64,000 nucleotides of DNA from a virus (IMGVR_UViG_3300020576_007701); one strand, 5' to 3'; shown: positions 38,207 to 47,995, numbered from the stretch's first letter. Translations and numbers: made by a program. Notes: a model not told the origin generated them from the sequence alone.

Positions 38207-39010
38207 ATGTCCGAAATCAACATAGAAATACCTGCGCATTTATTGCACCCTGGAAAATATAATCAAATTAATTTTGATGCCATGGAAAATAAAAGCATTA
38301 TTGCACTTATGGGATATGCTAAATCTGGAAAAGATTTTATTGCCAAAAAATTTGTTGAGGAATATGGTTATAAAAAAATTGGCTTTGCAGACAACGTAAA
38401 AAGAGATATGAATTCTTTTTTAAAAGACCAAGTTGTAAAAGACGTGTTTGAAAAAACTGGTGTTATTTTAAAAGATTTAGATTTTTTTTCTGAAATTATT
38501 GAAATAAAAAAGACAATTAGACCATACATTATTTGGTATGCTGAAAAACTAAGAGAAATAAATGGGATTTTTTATTGGATAAACAAAGCATTTGAATTTG
38601 ATGGTAAGGACGCTGAAAAAATAATTATTTCAGATCTTAGAAGACTTCCTGAATTAAACATATTCAAGGATTCAATGGAGTTTAATAAGCGTACTATAAC
38701 TTCTTTTACAGAAGCTGGCGTTTATAAAGACAATGTGCCATACAAAAATTTTAGCACACTTTTATTTGAAGTCAATCAATTCGGTCTTAAAGACTCAGAT
38801 CAACTTACAATTGATACTATTTTAGAAGCACGTGAGCAGTGGTTAATTGATGACACTTTTTATGTAGACTCAAGATTGCCTCAAGATGGTGGTTTTAGAA
38901 AAAAAGCAATCGACATTCAAATAAAAAAAATTGTAAAAAAATTTGGAATTGAAAAGCCAGATAAGACAAAACATGTGCAAACAACAATTTTTCAAAAAAC
39001 TGAAAATTAA
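38207..39010 (+). CDS. deoxynucleoside monophosphate kinase (T4 gp1-like)
   Basis: IALMGYAKSGKD P-loop, FAD.VK, W, IISDLR; follows thyA. Confidence 0.7.
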   Translation: MSEINIEIPAHLLHPGKYNQINFDAMENKSIIALMGYAKSGKDFIAKKFVEEYGYKKIGFADNVKRDMNSFLKDQVVKDVFEKTGVILKDLDFFSEIIEIKKTIRPYIIWYAEKLREINGIFYWINKAFEFDGKDAEKIIISDLRRLPELNIFKDSMEFNKRTITSFTEAGVYKDNVPYKNFSTLLFEVNQFGLKDSDQLTIDTILEAREQWLIDDTFYVDSRLPQDGGFRKKAIDIQIKKIVKKFGIEKPDKTKHVQTTIFQKTEN

Positions 39011-39037
39011 TTATTTGTATTTATAAAAAAAACAACC

Positions 39038-39319
39038 ATGCTTCAAATAAATGAACAAACCCACGAAGAGAAAGTTAAAATGTATAACAAACTTTCTAAA
39101 AAAGAATTGATCAACATGTTAATAGCTTGTAATGCAGTAATTGATTTTCATTCTAAAAGTTCTATGCAACAACCATTGTTATACGCTGGGTGCCAACATG
39201 AATGGTATACTGACTATAGTCTATCTGCATGTCAAACTAGATGTAAAAAATGTGGAGAGGTTAATTATCCACCAAGTACATTGACATACCCCGCAGTTAT
39301 ATCAACCGCTCATTGTTAG
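39038..39319 (+). CDS. hypothetical protein with Zn ribbon
   Basis: CQHEW...CKKCG. Confidence 0.55.
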   Translation: MLQINEQTHEEKVKMYNKLSKKELINMLIACNAVIDFHSKSSMQQPLLYAGCQHEWYTDYSLSACQTRCKKCGEVNYPPSTLTYPAVISTAHC

Positions 39320-39720
39320 CGATTTGGTGGTCTTGATCCAGGTGTATTTGAGTCTATTGTAGGAACGCCATCATGGTCCTGATTTGATCTTACATTTTGA
39401 GTTCTATCCAATAAAAGTCTTATGTTACCACGTATTTCTTCTATTGATTTAATAAATTCTTCGTCTTTATCTCTTTGTTTATCTAGTTTTGTAGAAATAC
39501 TTTCTTCTACCTGTTTTACAAATACCTGTTTTTCATCGTCTATTTTTCTTTTATAATCAGAAACATCTGATTTAACATCGAAATACATCATCGAAAAAAT
39601 GGTTGTGCACAGTGTAATGGCTCCACCTATAATCCAAAGCGCCGTCTTTACAGAAAGCGTTATACTGGTACCCTCACCAATAACTTTGCCATTTACACCT
39701 ATTTCTTTATCACCTGCCAT
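39316..39720 (-). CDS. single-TM coiled-coil membrane protein
   Basis: ALWIIGGAITLCTTIFSMMYF followed by a coiled coil. Confidence 0.55.
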   Translation of the reverse strand: MAGDKEIGVNGKVIGEGTSITLSVKTALWIIGGAITLCTTIFSMMYFDVKSDVSDYKRKIDDEKQVFVKQVEESISTKLDKQRDKDEEFIKSIEEIRGNIRLLLDRTQNVRSNQDHDGVPTIDSNTPGSRPPNR

Positions 39721-39721
39721 A

Positions 39722-40162
39722 TTACCAAGCGTTTACCTCGCTCCACTTTATTTTGATTGTTTGATTTGGCGATACGCTATACAGATATGCTAATTGAAAC
39801 CATCCGTCAAAGTCATTTGATTTTGGTGGAACCAAGGCGTAATTAAAATTTATTATTGGAATATCTCTTCCTAAATTATCTACAAAAAAAACTTCTATAT
39901 TTTTTATATAAGAACTTGACGCATAAGAATTGGGAAAATAACTATTACTCCACAAATAAATGTAAGAATAATAATATCCATTTTTTGCTTGGTATTTTTC
40001 ATTAACAACCATCACAAAAAACGACCCACAACCAGCACAGGTTGGATTTGATTGTATCCAATTATTGTAGTTGTTAGAATGTATTGTCATTTGACGCTGA
40101 GCGCTTACGTTCAACGAAAAAGTTAAAGCAATTATAGCAAATATTTTTTTAATCAAATTCAT
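39722..40162 (-). CDS. secreted protein (signal peptide)
   Basis: MNLIKKIFAIIALTFSLNVSA-Q, a Bacteroidota-style signal with Gln at +1; ATG 40162 preferred. Confidence 0.55.
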   Translation of the reverse strand: MNLIKKIFAIIALTFSLNVSAQRQMTIHSNNYNNWIQSNPTCAGCGSFFVMVVNEKYQAKNGYYYSYIYLWSNSYFPNSYASSSYIKNIEVFFVDNLGRDIPIINFNYALVPPKSNDFDGWFQLAYLYSVSPNQTIKIKWSEVNAW

Positions 40163-41840
40163 ATAAATTGTCATAACCATAGTTGTGTGTGAAATCTTTA
40201 ATTAAAACACCAGCTATAGAATTAGCCTGGTCCTCTATTTTTCCACCAATATTTTGAACTTCTTCACCATTTTTAAACACCCCAAGTTCACGTTGACGAT
40301 TGTGAACAAGTTCATGTCCAATGGATCTACAAACATCAACAAGAGCTCTTCCGCCAGATCTAATGTGGTTTTCATTCTCCGTAGGAAGGTAAGCTGCAGT
40401 TGTTGAAATATATTCATCTCTTCCGCTCTTTATAACCACTGTAACTGGTTCTTTCATTTTTAGTTTAGCACAAGTAAAATTTATAAAGTCTTTAAGAATA
40501 TCAATTTTTTCACTTGTCATTCCTGAAATTCCTTTTTCTATTTTAAGAGTGTTTTTTTTAATTAAACCCCAAGATTCCTTTGTTTTATCTGCACGAGAAA
40601 AGACAACTTTATCACCAGAAATTTTAAAAGGCTTTTCAAATTGTTTTTTATATTTAGCTCCTTCTCCCTTTTTTACATAGGCAATTGTCATGTGCGGTTC
40701 ATATTTTGGAAAAGAAGAAGTGTGAGGCAATTTTTTTGCCCAATTATTAAGCCTTTCTAATTCCTTAGAATGTATGTTGAATTTTACAACATCATATGGC
40801 ATACCTTCGTTTTCAAAAATATCAACACCCTCAACCTCAACAGTAATAGGACCCTTGGCAACTTTTTTTACAACATTTTTAACATCTTCTACTTCTACTT
40901 CTTCATGAAACCCATATAATATTGTAACGTGAGGTTCTTTCTCAATTCCAAATCCTGGTTTATCATATATGTCTTGAGGTAATATTTTACCAATAACACT
41001 TTCCCAATTTGGTATATTAAAATACACCATTAAACATCCAAATTTTGGACTACCATCTTTGTTTCTGCTTGTAGAAACCCCCTCATTTAAACTCATAGTT
41101 TTATCAAAAGAATTTGTTTTTATAGAATCTATTTTTTCTAAATAACCATTATTTCTTAGTGTTTTAAAAACTAAGTTTTCTGTAGAATATTCCCCTCCAG
41201 ACTCTAAAGAGGCACCTCTCATTTGTTTTATTTTTTTCTTTAAAGAATCAGCCGCAGAAAGTTTTTTTTCTTCGTCAGAAATTTTTTCAATATCATCAAT
41301 TTTATTCATGATACCAGCCGCTTTGTATTGTATGGCTTCAGCGTCTATTGAGATATTTTTTTTGGTTGGCTTTTTAACCCAGTTATTTTGAAGTAAACTA
41401 TATATTGCTTTAGATCCATGAGCGTCTTCTTTTTCTTTAGCGAACAATTCGGTTGGAAACCCATAAATATCAATATTGTGTTTATTTGACCAGACCTCTT
41501 TTTTTGCATCTATGTAATCAGAAATAAGCTCGCCAGGCTCGCCATCTCCATTCTCGAAAATAACATGTATGTCAATATCGCTATGACTGGTCCAATTGTA
41601 ATTTGCTAAGCTTCCAGTGAAATAAATATCTTTTATTGGATATTCTAGCTTTAGAGAATTGTAAAATTCTTTACCAAGCTCAATCATTTTGGCTCTTACT
41701 TCTGGTTTTAAAACGCCGCCAGGGTTCCAAATTTTACCGCTTAAACCATTTTTTAGTTTAGATACATCATTTACATCAACATCGCTAGGAACGACAATTT
41801 CTTTAAGACGTTTTTTTATACGGTTAGGTGTGTAATTCAT
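40149..41840 (-). CDS. multidomain protein: Pol-beta-type nucleotidyltransferase, 2H phosphoesterase (Acb1/gp57B-like) and HExxH metallopeptidase
   Basis: TGSLANYNW...SDIDIH; EPHVTILYG and EPHMTIAY (two HxT); GHELVH...EDQAN; TATTTAT at 41855-41861 (-). Confidence 0.75.
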   Translation of the reverse strand: MNYTPNRIKKRLKEIVVPSDVDVNDVSKLKNGLSGKIWNPGGVLKPEVRAKMIELGKEFYNSLKLEYPIKDIYFTGSLANYNWTSHSDIDIHVIFENGDGEPGELISDYIDAKKEVWSNKHNIDIYGFPTELFAKEKEDAHGSKAIYSLLQNNWVKKPTKKNISIDAEAIQYKAAGIMNKIDDIEKISDEEKKLSAADSLKKKIKQMRGASLESGGEYSTENLVFKTLRNNGYLEKIDSIKTNSFDKTMSLNEGVSTSRNKDGSPKFGCLMVYFNIPNWESVIGKILPQDIYDKPGFGIEKEPHVTILYGFHEEVEVEDVKNVVKKVAKGPITVEVEGVDIFENEGMPYDVVKFNIHSKELERLNNWAKKLPHTSSFPKYEPHMTIAYVKKGEGAKYKKQFEKPFKISGDKVVFSRADKTKESWGLIKKNTLKIEKGISGMTSEKIDILKDFINFTCAKLKMKEPVTVVIKSGRDEYISTTAAYLPTENENHIRSGGRALVDVCRSIGHELVHNRQRELGVFKNGEEVQNIGGKIEDQANSIAGVLIKDFTHNYGYDNLYEFD

Positions 41841-41865
41841 GATAATTTATACCTATAAATAGCAC

Positions 41866-41890
41866 AAAAAAAGCCAGCTTAAAAACTGGC
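41866..41890 (-). terminator. intrinsic terminator
   Basis: GCCAG/CTGGC stem, with the A-run on + giving a T-run on -. Confidence 0.55.
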
Positions 41891-41912
41891 CTTCTTCGTT
41901 TATTTGACGTTT

Positions 41913-42314
41913 TTATTTTTTAATGTCTTCATCATCACTTTTTAAAGTGCTGTAATTAAGTAATCTACCCCACTTATCTTTTTCACCTTCGTTTTGTAAA
42001 CCAAGATGTTTTTCTTTATTTATCCCATTTACATCCACATTTCTCTCTCTGGTAGTTTTGCTTAAAATAGTTTCTACAAAACTTTCTTCGCTTTCCGATA
42101 TCAAAGGGTTTCTAAGATCAATTGATTTGTTGATTTTTTTAATCTCTTCCGCCAACCTATCAATTTCTGAAGGTGTTATTGATAATGAAGTTTCAATTGA
42201 TTCATTAATGGCATCTACAGGAGCTTCGCTAATTGAAGAAAACAAATATTTTGTTGCCTCACTAATTACATACTTCCTAAATTCTTCAGGACTTTTAAAT
42301 TCTCTTTGGTTCAT
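41913..42314 (-). CDS. putative internal head protein
   Basis: Leader EEFRKYVISEATKY, INE and ISE sites; TATTTAT at 42335-42341 (-). Confidence 0.55.
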   Translation of the reverse strand: MNQREFKSPEEFRKYVISEATKYLFSSISEAPVDAINESIETSLSITPSEIDRLAEEIKKINKSIDLRNPLISESEESFVETILSKTTRERNVDVNGINKEKHLGLQNEGEKDKWGRLLNYSTLKSDDEDIKK

Positions 42315-42405
42315 AAAAGCTTAACTGTTTGATAATAAATATAGTAAAATTTTGTAATTATCAATAGCTTTTGTGTAATTCTCAATATTTATGACGTTTT
42401 TAAAT

Positions 42406-42441
42406 AAAAAACCCAGATGTTTTAATAGTTCTGGGTTTTTT
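42406..42441. terminator. hairpin, possible bidirectional terminator
   Basis: AAAAAACCCAGA/TCTGGGTTTTTT. Confidence 0.55.
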
Positions 42442-42444
42442 TGC

Positions 42445-42452
42445 TAAATTTG
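42445..42452 (+). promoter_or_regulatory. Bacteroidota sigmaA-type -7 element
   Basis: TAAATTTG 3 nt before ATG 42456. Confidence 0.5.
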
Positions 42453-42455
42453 CAT

Positions 42456-42902
42456 ATGAATAAAATTGAAAAACAAATTAGAAATGACGTTTCAGATCTT
42501 GATGATAACGCATTCGACAAATTACACATCAGTAAATTAGTTGGTTATGCTGAGATGTTTGGAAATGATTTTATCCCCTTGTACAAAGGAGTTAATTACA
42601 CGCCATTTAAAACCCCTGGAAAGGCTATTGAGGCTATAGAGTCAATTAATCTAAAGGCAATGTACACGACTGGCGACTTGGAAACTGTCATAGGTCATTT
42701 AAAGCTTGATGATGGCACCACAATTCTTTTACAAGATAAAGAGCAATATCTACAAAAGCTAGCAAAACAATATGCAGATGATGGTGTTGAACTTGAAGAA
42801 GATGAAAGTTATGATGGTATGGCTCTAGAATGGTACTACTATAACACCATTGGTGGTTATATGGAAGGTATACCAGCTTTTGCGGTTTTATATTCCAAAT
42901 AA
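42456..42902 (+). CDS. hypothetical protein
   Basis: ATG 42456 preferred; C-terminal ALEWYYYNTIGGYM..P pattern. Confidence 0.55.
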   Translation: MNKIEKQIRNDVSDLDDNAFDKLHISKLVGYAEMFGNDFIPLYKGVNYTPFKTPGKAIEAIESINLKAMYTTGDLETVIGHLKLDDGTTILLQDKEQYLQKLAKQYADDGVELEEDESYDGMALEWYYYNTIGGYMEGIPAFAVLYSK

Positions 42903-43252
42903 TATTTTTTAATAAGATCTGGAAATTTATTGCTAAACATTTCTTGCGAATTTATAAAAAACTCTTTTTCGCCTTTGTTTATAATTATGTTGGCATAGGC
43001 TGGGTTAGAATTTCTTAATGCATAAATTATATCCCCATTAGATAGAGTAACTATAAATTTACTTACATCATCTAAACTGAGCTTGCCTTCAATTTTTATA
43101 GGTTTTAATTCTTTTAAGGATTCTTTGTATTGTTCGCCAATAGCCTGGGCAAAACCCCTTTTCTTCTCGTCGTCAATAGAAATTTTTATCTCACACAATA
43201 AAGCACTACCCTCAATTGTTTCTCTTATTAAATTTCTAATGTATCCTTTCAT
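42857..43252 (-). CDS. putative internal head protein
   Basis: Leader MKGYIRNLIRETIE; TATTTAT at 43257-43263 (-). Confidence 0.55.
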   Translation of the reverse strand: MKGYIRNLIRETIEGSALLCEIKISIDDEKKRGFAQAIGEQYKESLKELKPIKIEGKLSLDDVSKFIVTLSNGDIIYALRNSNPAYANIIINKGEKEFFINSQEMFSNKFPDLIKKYYLEYKTAKAGIPSI

Positions 43253-43273
43253 AATAATAAATATGCCGATATT

Positions 43274-44656
43274 TTAGTTCATCCACAAATTTTTGTGATC
43301 AGATAAAAACCTTTTTATATCTTCGGCTCTATTTTTTATTTCGCCCCTGTAAATAGCTTGCAAGGCTTCTTTTTTAGCCTTGCCCATTTTTTGAAAATCT
43401 CTTTTTTCGTTAAAATCTAAACCAGATTGTTCAACCGAATCAATCACAAAATCAATGAATTCCTGTTTCCTTAAATCAATATCATTTACAGTTTTTGGCA
43501 ATTCCCCATTTGCAAATTTTCTTGCCAATTCTTTATCTTTTGTTTCAACGTATGAAGATTCCAACAACATAATTGGAGATAGATTAAACAGTGAAGCGAT
43601 AGCATTTATGTGAGAAATAGCATCCACGCTTCTACCTTTTACTTCTAACACATATTTGCACAGTGCTTGAATATATTTTACATCTTCTGTTTTAGTGGTA
43701 ATATTCTTTGTGGAAAGTTGTAAAATTTTCTCAGGAGCCTCTGATTCAAATAGCATATAGCAAAACTCTGGAATGTTTCCAACCAAATCAAATTTTTTAT
43801 AATCTGAAATTTTAGAATCTAAACCAAACATTGCTTTGTAAGCACCCAAGTCAACCAATAACTTAACAGCTCTACCTAAATCAGTCTTTCCAATCATCTT
43901 TTCGAATTCCATTAAAAATCTTTCTCTTGGAAGCTCGTTTTTATCGGCAAGCATTTGAACATTATTTCTTATTAAATTAAGAGTTTCTTCATCCCACTGA
44001 TAATTAAATCTTGCTGCAAATCTAATTGCTCTAACAATTCTAAGAGGATCTTCAATAAATGCGTCTGCACTTACAGCACGTATAACACCACCCAATATGT
44101 CTTTAAGAGCGTGACCATTATCAATAAAGTTTCCATTTAAATCAAGAGCAATGGCGTTGATTGTAATGTCACGTCTAGCCAAATCATCTTGAATGGTGTA
44201 CATTGGATTTACATCGCTTTTTATAGCACGATGCCCTTTTTCATTTGGATCTTTACTATCTTTTCTTGGCAACATTACATCAATGTCTCTTTTTAATCCA
44301 ACATTTTTCATCATTTGGTTAAAAACGGAATTGTGAGAAACAAATTTGGTAGCACCAAAATCTTTTTTACCTTGTTCGTCAACCACAGATGTGTCAGTGG
44401 CTTTTCCATATTTGGACAAAATTTGAAATAATTGTTCGTATGGAATGCCACGAACAACAATGTCTAGGTCATCGCTTGGTTTGCCCATTACTGCATCTCT
44501 GACAATTCCGCCAACAGCATAAATTTCTCCGCCAGCTGCCAAAATATCACTTTTAAATTCTAACATGTTTAGAATTTTTACCAGCTTGTTTTTTTGACCT
44601 TCAGTGGATTCAGATAAAATCTTTCTTACTTCCAGTCTTAATTTATTCTCCTTCAT
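43274..44656 (-). CDS. cca: class II tRNA nucleotidyltransferase (CCA-adding / poly(A) polymerase family) with extra N-terminal leader
   Basis: VGGIVRD...DLDIVV, DLARRDITINA, EDPLRIVRAIRFAARF, ERFLMEF; leader KLRLEVRKILSES. Confidence 0.85.
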   Translation of the reverse strand: MKENKLRLEVRKILSESTEGQKNKLVKILNMLEFKSDILAAGGEIYAVGGIVRDAVMGKPSDDLDIVVRGIPYEQLFQILSKYGKATDTSVVDEQGKKDFGATKFVSHNSVFNQMMKNVGLKRDIDVMLPRKDSKDPNEKGHRAIKSDVNPMYTIQDDLARRDITINAIALDLNGNFIDNGHALKDILGGVIRAVSADAFIEDPLRIVRAIRFAARFNYQWDEETLNLIRNNVQMLADKNELPRERFLMEFEKMIGKTDLGRAVKLLVDLGAYKAMFGLDSKISDYKKFDLVGNIPEFCYMLFESEAPEKILQLSTKNITTKTEDVKYIQALCKYVLEVKGRSVDAISHINAIASLFNLSPIMLLESSYVETKDKELARKFANGELPKTVNDIDLRKQEFIDFVIDSVEQSGLDFNEKRDFQKMGKAKKEALQAIYRGEIKNRAEDIKRFLSDHKNLWMN

Positions 44657-44658
44657 CT

Positions 44659-45519
44659 TTACGATTTTTTTATAATTAAAAATTTTTCATATTTTCTTTT
44701 TAACCCTATTCGATCATTTTCAAAATTTTTATAAATAAAATTTCCAAGTTTTTTAATTCCTTCTTTATTACTAATTATAATTCTTGAAAACTTATGTCCG
44801 TTTTTTTGAATTAATCTTTGAATGTGATAATTTATGTTTAATTTATTAAATATTTCTTCTATAAAATTCCAATTTTGTTCATATCCGCTTACTATATTAA
44901 AAGTGTATATTTTATTTTTAATTGAAAAAAAATTACCATCTCCATCTATCAGACCCAATAAAAAATAAGAGTGCAAATCTTCTTTTATATATTTTAAAAT
45001 TGAGGTCCCTTTTATTTTGTTAGAAAAATTATTTTTATTTAAAAAATCACACAAAAAGCTATTAGAAACATGCATTCCAATTTGTGGCTTACCAAGTTTT
45101 TGTTGTCTTGAATAATAATTCCAATCCCCAATTCTATTAAAAACAGTCTTCAAATCACTCATGTCATTTTCAATCAAATACATCCATACATCTCTATCCA
45201 CACCTTCTTTGTTAGCTCCTATATAGCCGTCAGCCCATAAAAAACCTAAAAAATAGGCAACTTCTTTTTTATCAACATATTCAAATTGCTTATGATTAAC
45301 TTTAAATTTCGAATCATTTGTTTTTTTATTTATACCTTTAAGCGCTACTTTTTTTATTTCTCTTAAAGAATCTTTATCTACTTTTAAACTTAACTCCCTA
45401 GCTTTATCTGAAACTGAACTTTTAGGTCTATTAATTAATGTTAAACAATATTGGAGTCCATTTTTAGGATAATTCTTTATTAATATTTCTATTTCTTCTT
45501 TAGTCCATTTTGTTTTCAT
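44659..45519 (-). mobile_element. free-standing double-motif LAGLIDADG homing endonuclease
   Basis: AYFLGFLWADG and FLLGLIDGDG, LKRK; N-terminal WTKEE HTH; TATTTAT at 45531-45537 (-). Confidence 0.85.
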
Positions 45520-45549
45520 ATTTTTTTAAAATAAATATGTATAAAACAA

Positions 45550-45897
45550 CTAAATCAGGTATTTTTTTTGAAATTTTTTAAAATTATTTAAAATACTATT
45601 TATATTTTCATATCCGCAAGGGTTTGCTGAATGCACATTAAAGTCATTAAAAACAATATTGTTATCCATACAAAAATCAATTAAAAATTTAGCACAAGTC
45701 ATACCAGTATTTTCTTCACCAGTTTCAATGTTTATATCGCTCAAATCATGATCGAAAGAAATAAAAGATGGGACACCATATTGATTTATGGTATCTTTGA
45801 AGTCGGTTAAGTTTCTCACAATAAACCAATCTTCATTTTTATCTTTTGGATAAATGTCTCCAGGGACTCTAATATCGTCTAAAAATATTTTGTACAT
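45550..45897 (-). CDS. cyclic-phosphate-processing receiver domain protein
   Basis: IFLDDIR.P...VRN...ISFDHDL...TG..CAKFL...HSANP.G..NI; ATG 45897 preferred over track start. Confidence 0.75.
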   Translation of the reverse strand: MYKIFLDDIRVPGDIYPKDKNEDWFIVRNLTDFKDTINQYGVPSFISFDHDLSDINIETGEENTGMTCAKFLIDFCMDNNIVFNDFNVHSANPCGYENINSILNNFKKFQKKYLI

Positions 45898-45925
45898 TTT
45901 TTTAATAAATATAGCTATTTTAACC

Positions 45926-45955
45926 TTATACGCCAAAAAGCTAAAAAAGGTTTCA
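45926..45955 (-). promoter_or_regulatory. ECF-sigma-like promoter TGAAAC-N17-CGTATAA
   Basis: Upstream of the receiver gene; a TATTTAT also lies at 45905-45911 (-). Confidence 0.6.
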
Positions 45956-46019
45956 AGGATATTAACTTATACAAGTTTAGATATTGATTTTTATAAGTTT
46001 TTTGTTTATATTATAGATT

Positions 46020-46706
46020 ATGGAAAGAACACATTTAATTTACGCATTTGTTGACGAAAAGCAACAACCATTTTACATAGGTAGAACTTATGATTTGAAA
46101 AAACGAAAAAGAAATCACTTATCAGAAGTTAAAAAAGGAAATAATCTCCCGAAATATAATAAACTTAGAAAATTATTAAAACAACAATTAAGTTACAACG
46201 ATTTAGTAATTGTTTTAGAAGACAATATACCATCGGATCAAGTAGATAATAGAGAAATTTATTTTATTGCTAAATTTAGAGAAGAAGGTTGCAAGTTAAA
46301 AAATTTAACAGATGGAGGTGAAGGTGGAATTGACACAATACCTGGTTTAAGTGAAAAATTAAGCAAATTACACAAAGGCACAAAAAGAAGTGAAGAGACA
46401 AAAGGTAAAATAAGTGAATCAAGACTTGGAATGAAATTTACTGATGAACATAAAAAAAACTTAAGTATTGCTAGGAAGAAACGAATAACAAAATTAGAAA
46501 CTAGGGAAAAAGCTAGCAAAACATCTAAAGGTAAAATTAATATAAAACAATATATTCTAACTGACCCAAATGGATTAAAACACATAACTGTCAATGGCTT
46601 AACATTATTTTGTGAACAAAACAATTTGTCCGCACCAAATTTGTTTAAAGTTTTATCTGGGAAAAGAAAACACCATAAAGATTGGACAATAAAATTGCCT
46701 AATTAA
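46020..46706 (+). mobile_element. free-standing GIY-YIG-type homing endonuclease with NUMOD3 repeats
   Basis: IYAF...FYIGRT...R...H...E...NLTDGGEG; HKGTKRSEETKGKIS, FTDEHKKNLS. Confidence 0.8.
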
Positions 46707-46735
46707 TGAAACCTTTTTCGTATATTTGCGTATAA
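46707..46735 (+). promoter_or_regulatory. overlapping ECF-like (TGAAAC-N16-CGTATAA) and sigmaA-like (TATATTTG, 46721-46728) promoters of the NAD operon
   Basis: Both motifs lie in the 50 nt before the pncB ATG. Confidence 0.65.
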
Positions 46736-46756
46736 GATAATAAATTAATACAAGAA

Positions 46757-47995
46757 ATGGAAAATCAAGAAATTGGAATAATTAGAAGTATATTAGACAC
46801 CGATCAATACAAATTGTCAATGCAACAAGCTATTTGCCAGCTGTTTCCAAAAGCAAAGGTTCGCTACAAATTCATTAATCGTGGAACTACTATCTTCCCC
46901 AGAGGTTTCGATGTGAAACTTAGACAAGAAATTGCAAAAATGGCCAACCTAACCCTTCAAAAAATTGAAAAAGAACATCTCCAAAAAGAATGCAAATTTT
47001 TAACGCCAGTATATCTTGATTTCTTATCTGGATATCGTTTCGACCCATCAGAAGTTGGCGTAATATTACATAGTGATGGCACCCTTGAAGTTACAATGGA
47101 AGGCTTTTGGTATCGCACAGTATTATGGGAAGTTCCAATCATGGCAATTATTTGTGAGCTTTATTACAAAGAAACTGGTCAATTACCAACCTTAGATAGA
47201 CAAGATCGTCAAAAAAACAACCAAAACAAAATGAAGTTTTTTGTAGAAAATTCTATGATGCTCATGGAGTTTGGTACAAGAAGAAGATATAGCTTTGAAA
47301 ACCAATTAGAGGTTTGCAAAGATTTCAAAGATGTTTACGACAGTAAACGTGTATTCAGAGGAACTTCAAACGTTTACATTTCAATGTTGCTTGGTTTAAA
47401 GCCACTTGGCACACATGCACACGAATGGTTTATGTTTATGGCTGCACGTTATGGCTATAGAATGGCAAATGTTAAAGGTTTAGAACATTGGGTTGACGTT
47501 TACAAGGGCGACCTTGGAATTGCTCTAACAGACACATATACATCAGATGAGTTTTTTAAAACTTTAGATGTAAAATATGCAAAATTATTTGATGGCCAAC
47601 GAAATGATTCTGGCGACCCAGAAGAATTTGTTAAAAAATCAATCGCAAAATATCTTTCATTAAATATTGACCCAAGCACAAAAACATTAGCGTTTACAAA
47701 TGCTCTTAATTTAGAAACCGCACTTGCCATTAACAAAGTTTGCGACAAGATCGGCAATGGAGTAAGAAGGACTTATGGCATCGGAACCTTTTGTTCAAAC
47801 GATGTTGGTGTTAAACCACTTAATATTGTAATAAAACTTGCAGAAGCTCAAGCAATTCCTGATTGCGAAGATTGGATTCCTACTGTTAAATTAAGCGACG
47901 ATGTTGGAAAACATACTGGCGATACAGAAGAAGTAAGAAAGTGCGCTGAGGCACTTAGAATTGAACTTAAAACTAAAGAAACAGCAACTGCATAA
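46757..47995 (+). CDS. pncB: nicotinate phosphoribosyltransferase
   Basis: LDTDQYKLSM, EFGTRRR, GTSNV, GTHAHEW (phospho-His), TDTY, RNDSGD, GIGT, KLSD..GK; these are PncB rather than NadV signatures. Confidence 0.92.
   Translation: MENQEIGIIRSILDTDQYKLSMQQAICQLFPKAKVRYKFINRGTTIFPRGFDVKLRQEIAKMANLTLQKIEKEHLQKECKFLTPVYLDFLSGYRFDPSEVGVILHSDGTLEVTMEGFWYRTVLWEVPIMAIICELYYKETGQLPTLDRQDRQKNNQNKMKFFVENSMMLMEFGTRRRYSFENQLEVCKDFKDVYDSKRVFRGTSNVYISMLLGLKPLGTHAHEWFMFMAARYGYRMANVKGLEHWVDVYKGDLGIALTDTYTSDEFFKTLDVKYAKLFDGQRNDSGDPEEFVKKSIAKYLSLNIDPSTKTLAFTNALNLETALAINKVCDKIGNGVRRTYGIGTFCSNDVGVKPLNIVIKLAEAQAIPDCEDWIPTVKLSDDVGKHTGDTEEVRKCAEALRIELKTKETATA

Noticed and set aside
26541-39720. Holin assignment for small membrane proteins (26541, 39316)
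   Set aside because: Only hydrophobicity supports it; they are not adjacent to the endolysin and several equally plausible candidates exist
46757-47995. Nicotinamide phosphoribosyltransferase (NadV, NARP2)
   Set aside because: Motifs EFGTRRR and GTHAHEW, plus linkage to NadD and NadE, indicate the nicotinate enzyme PncB
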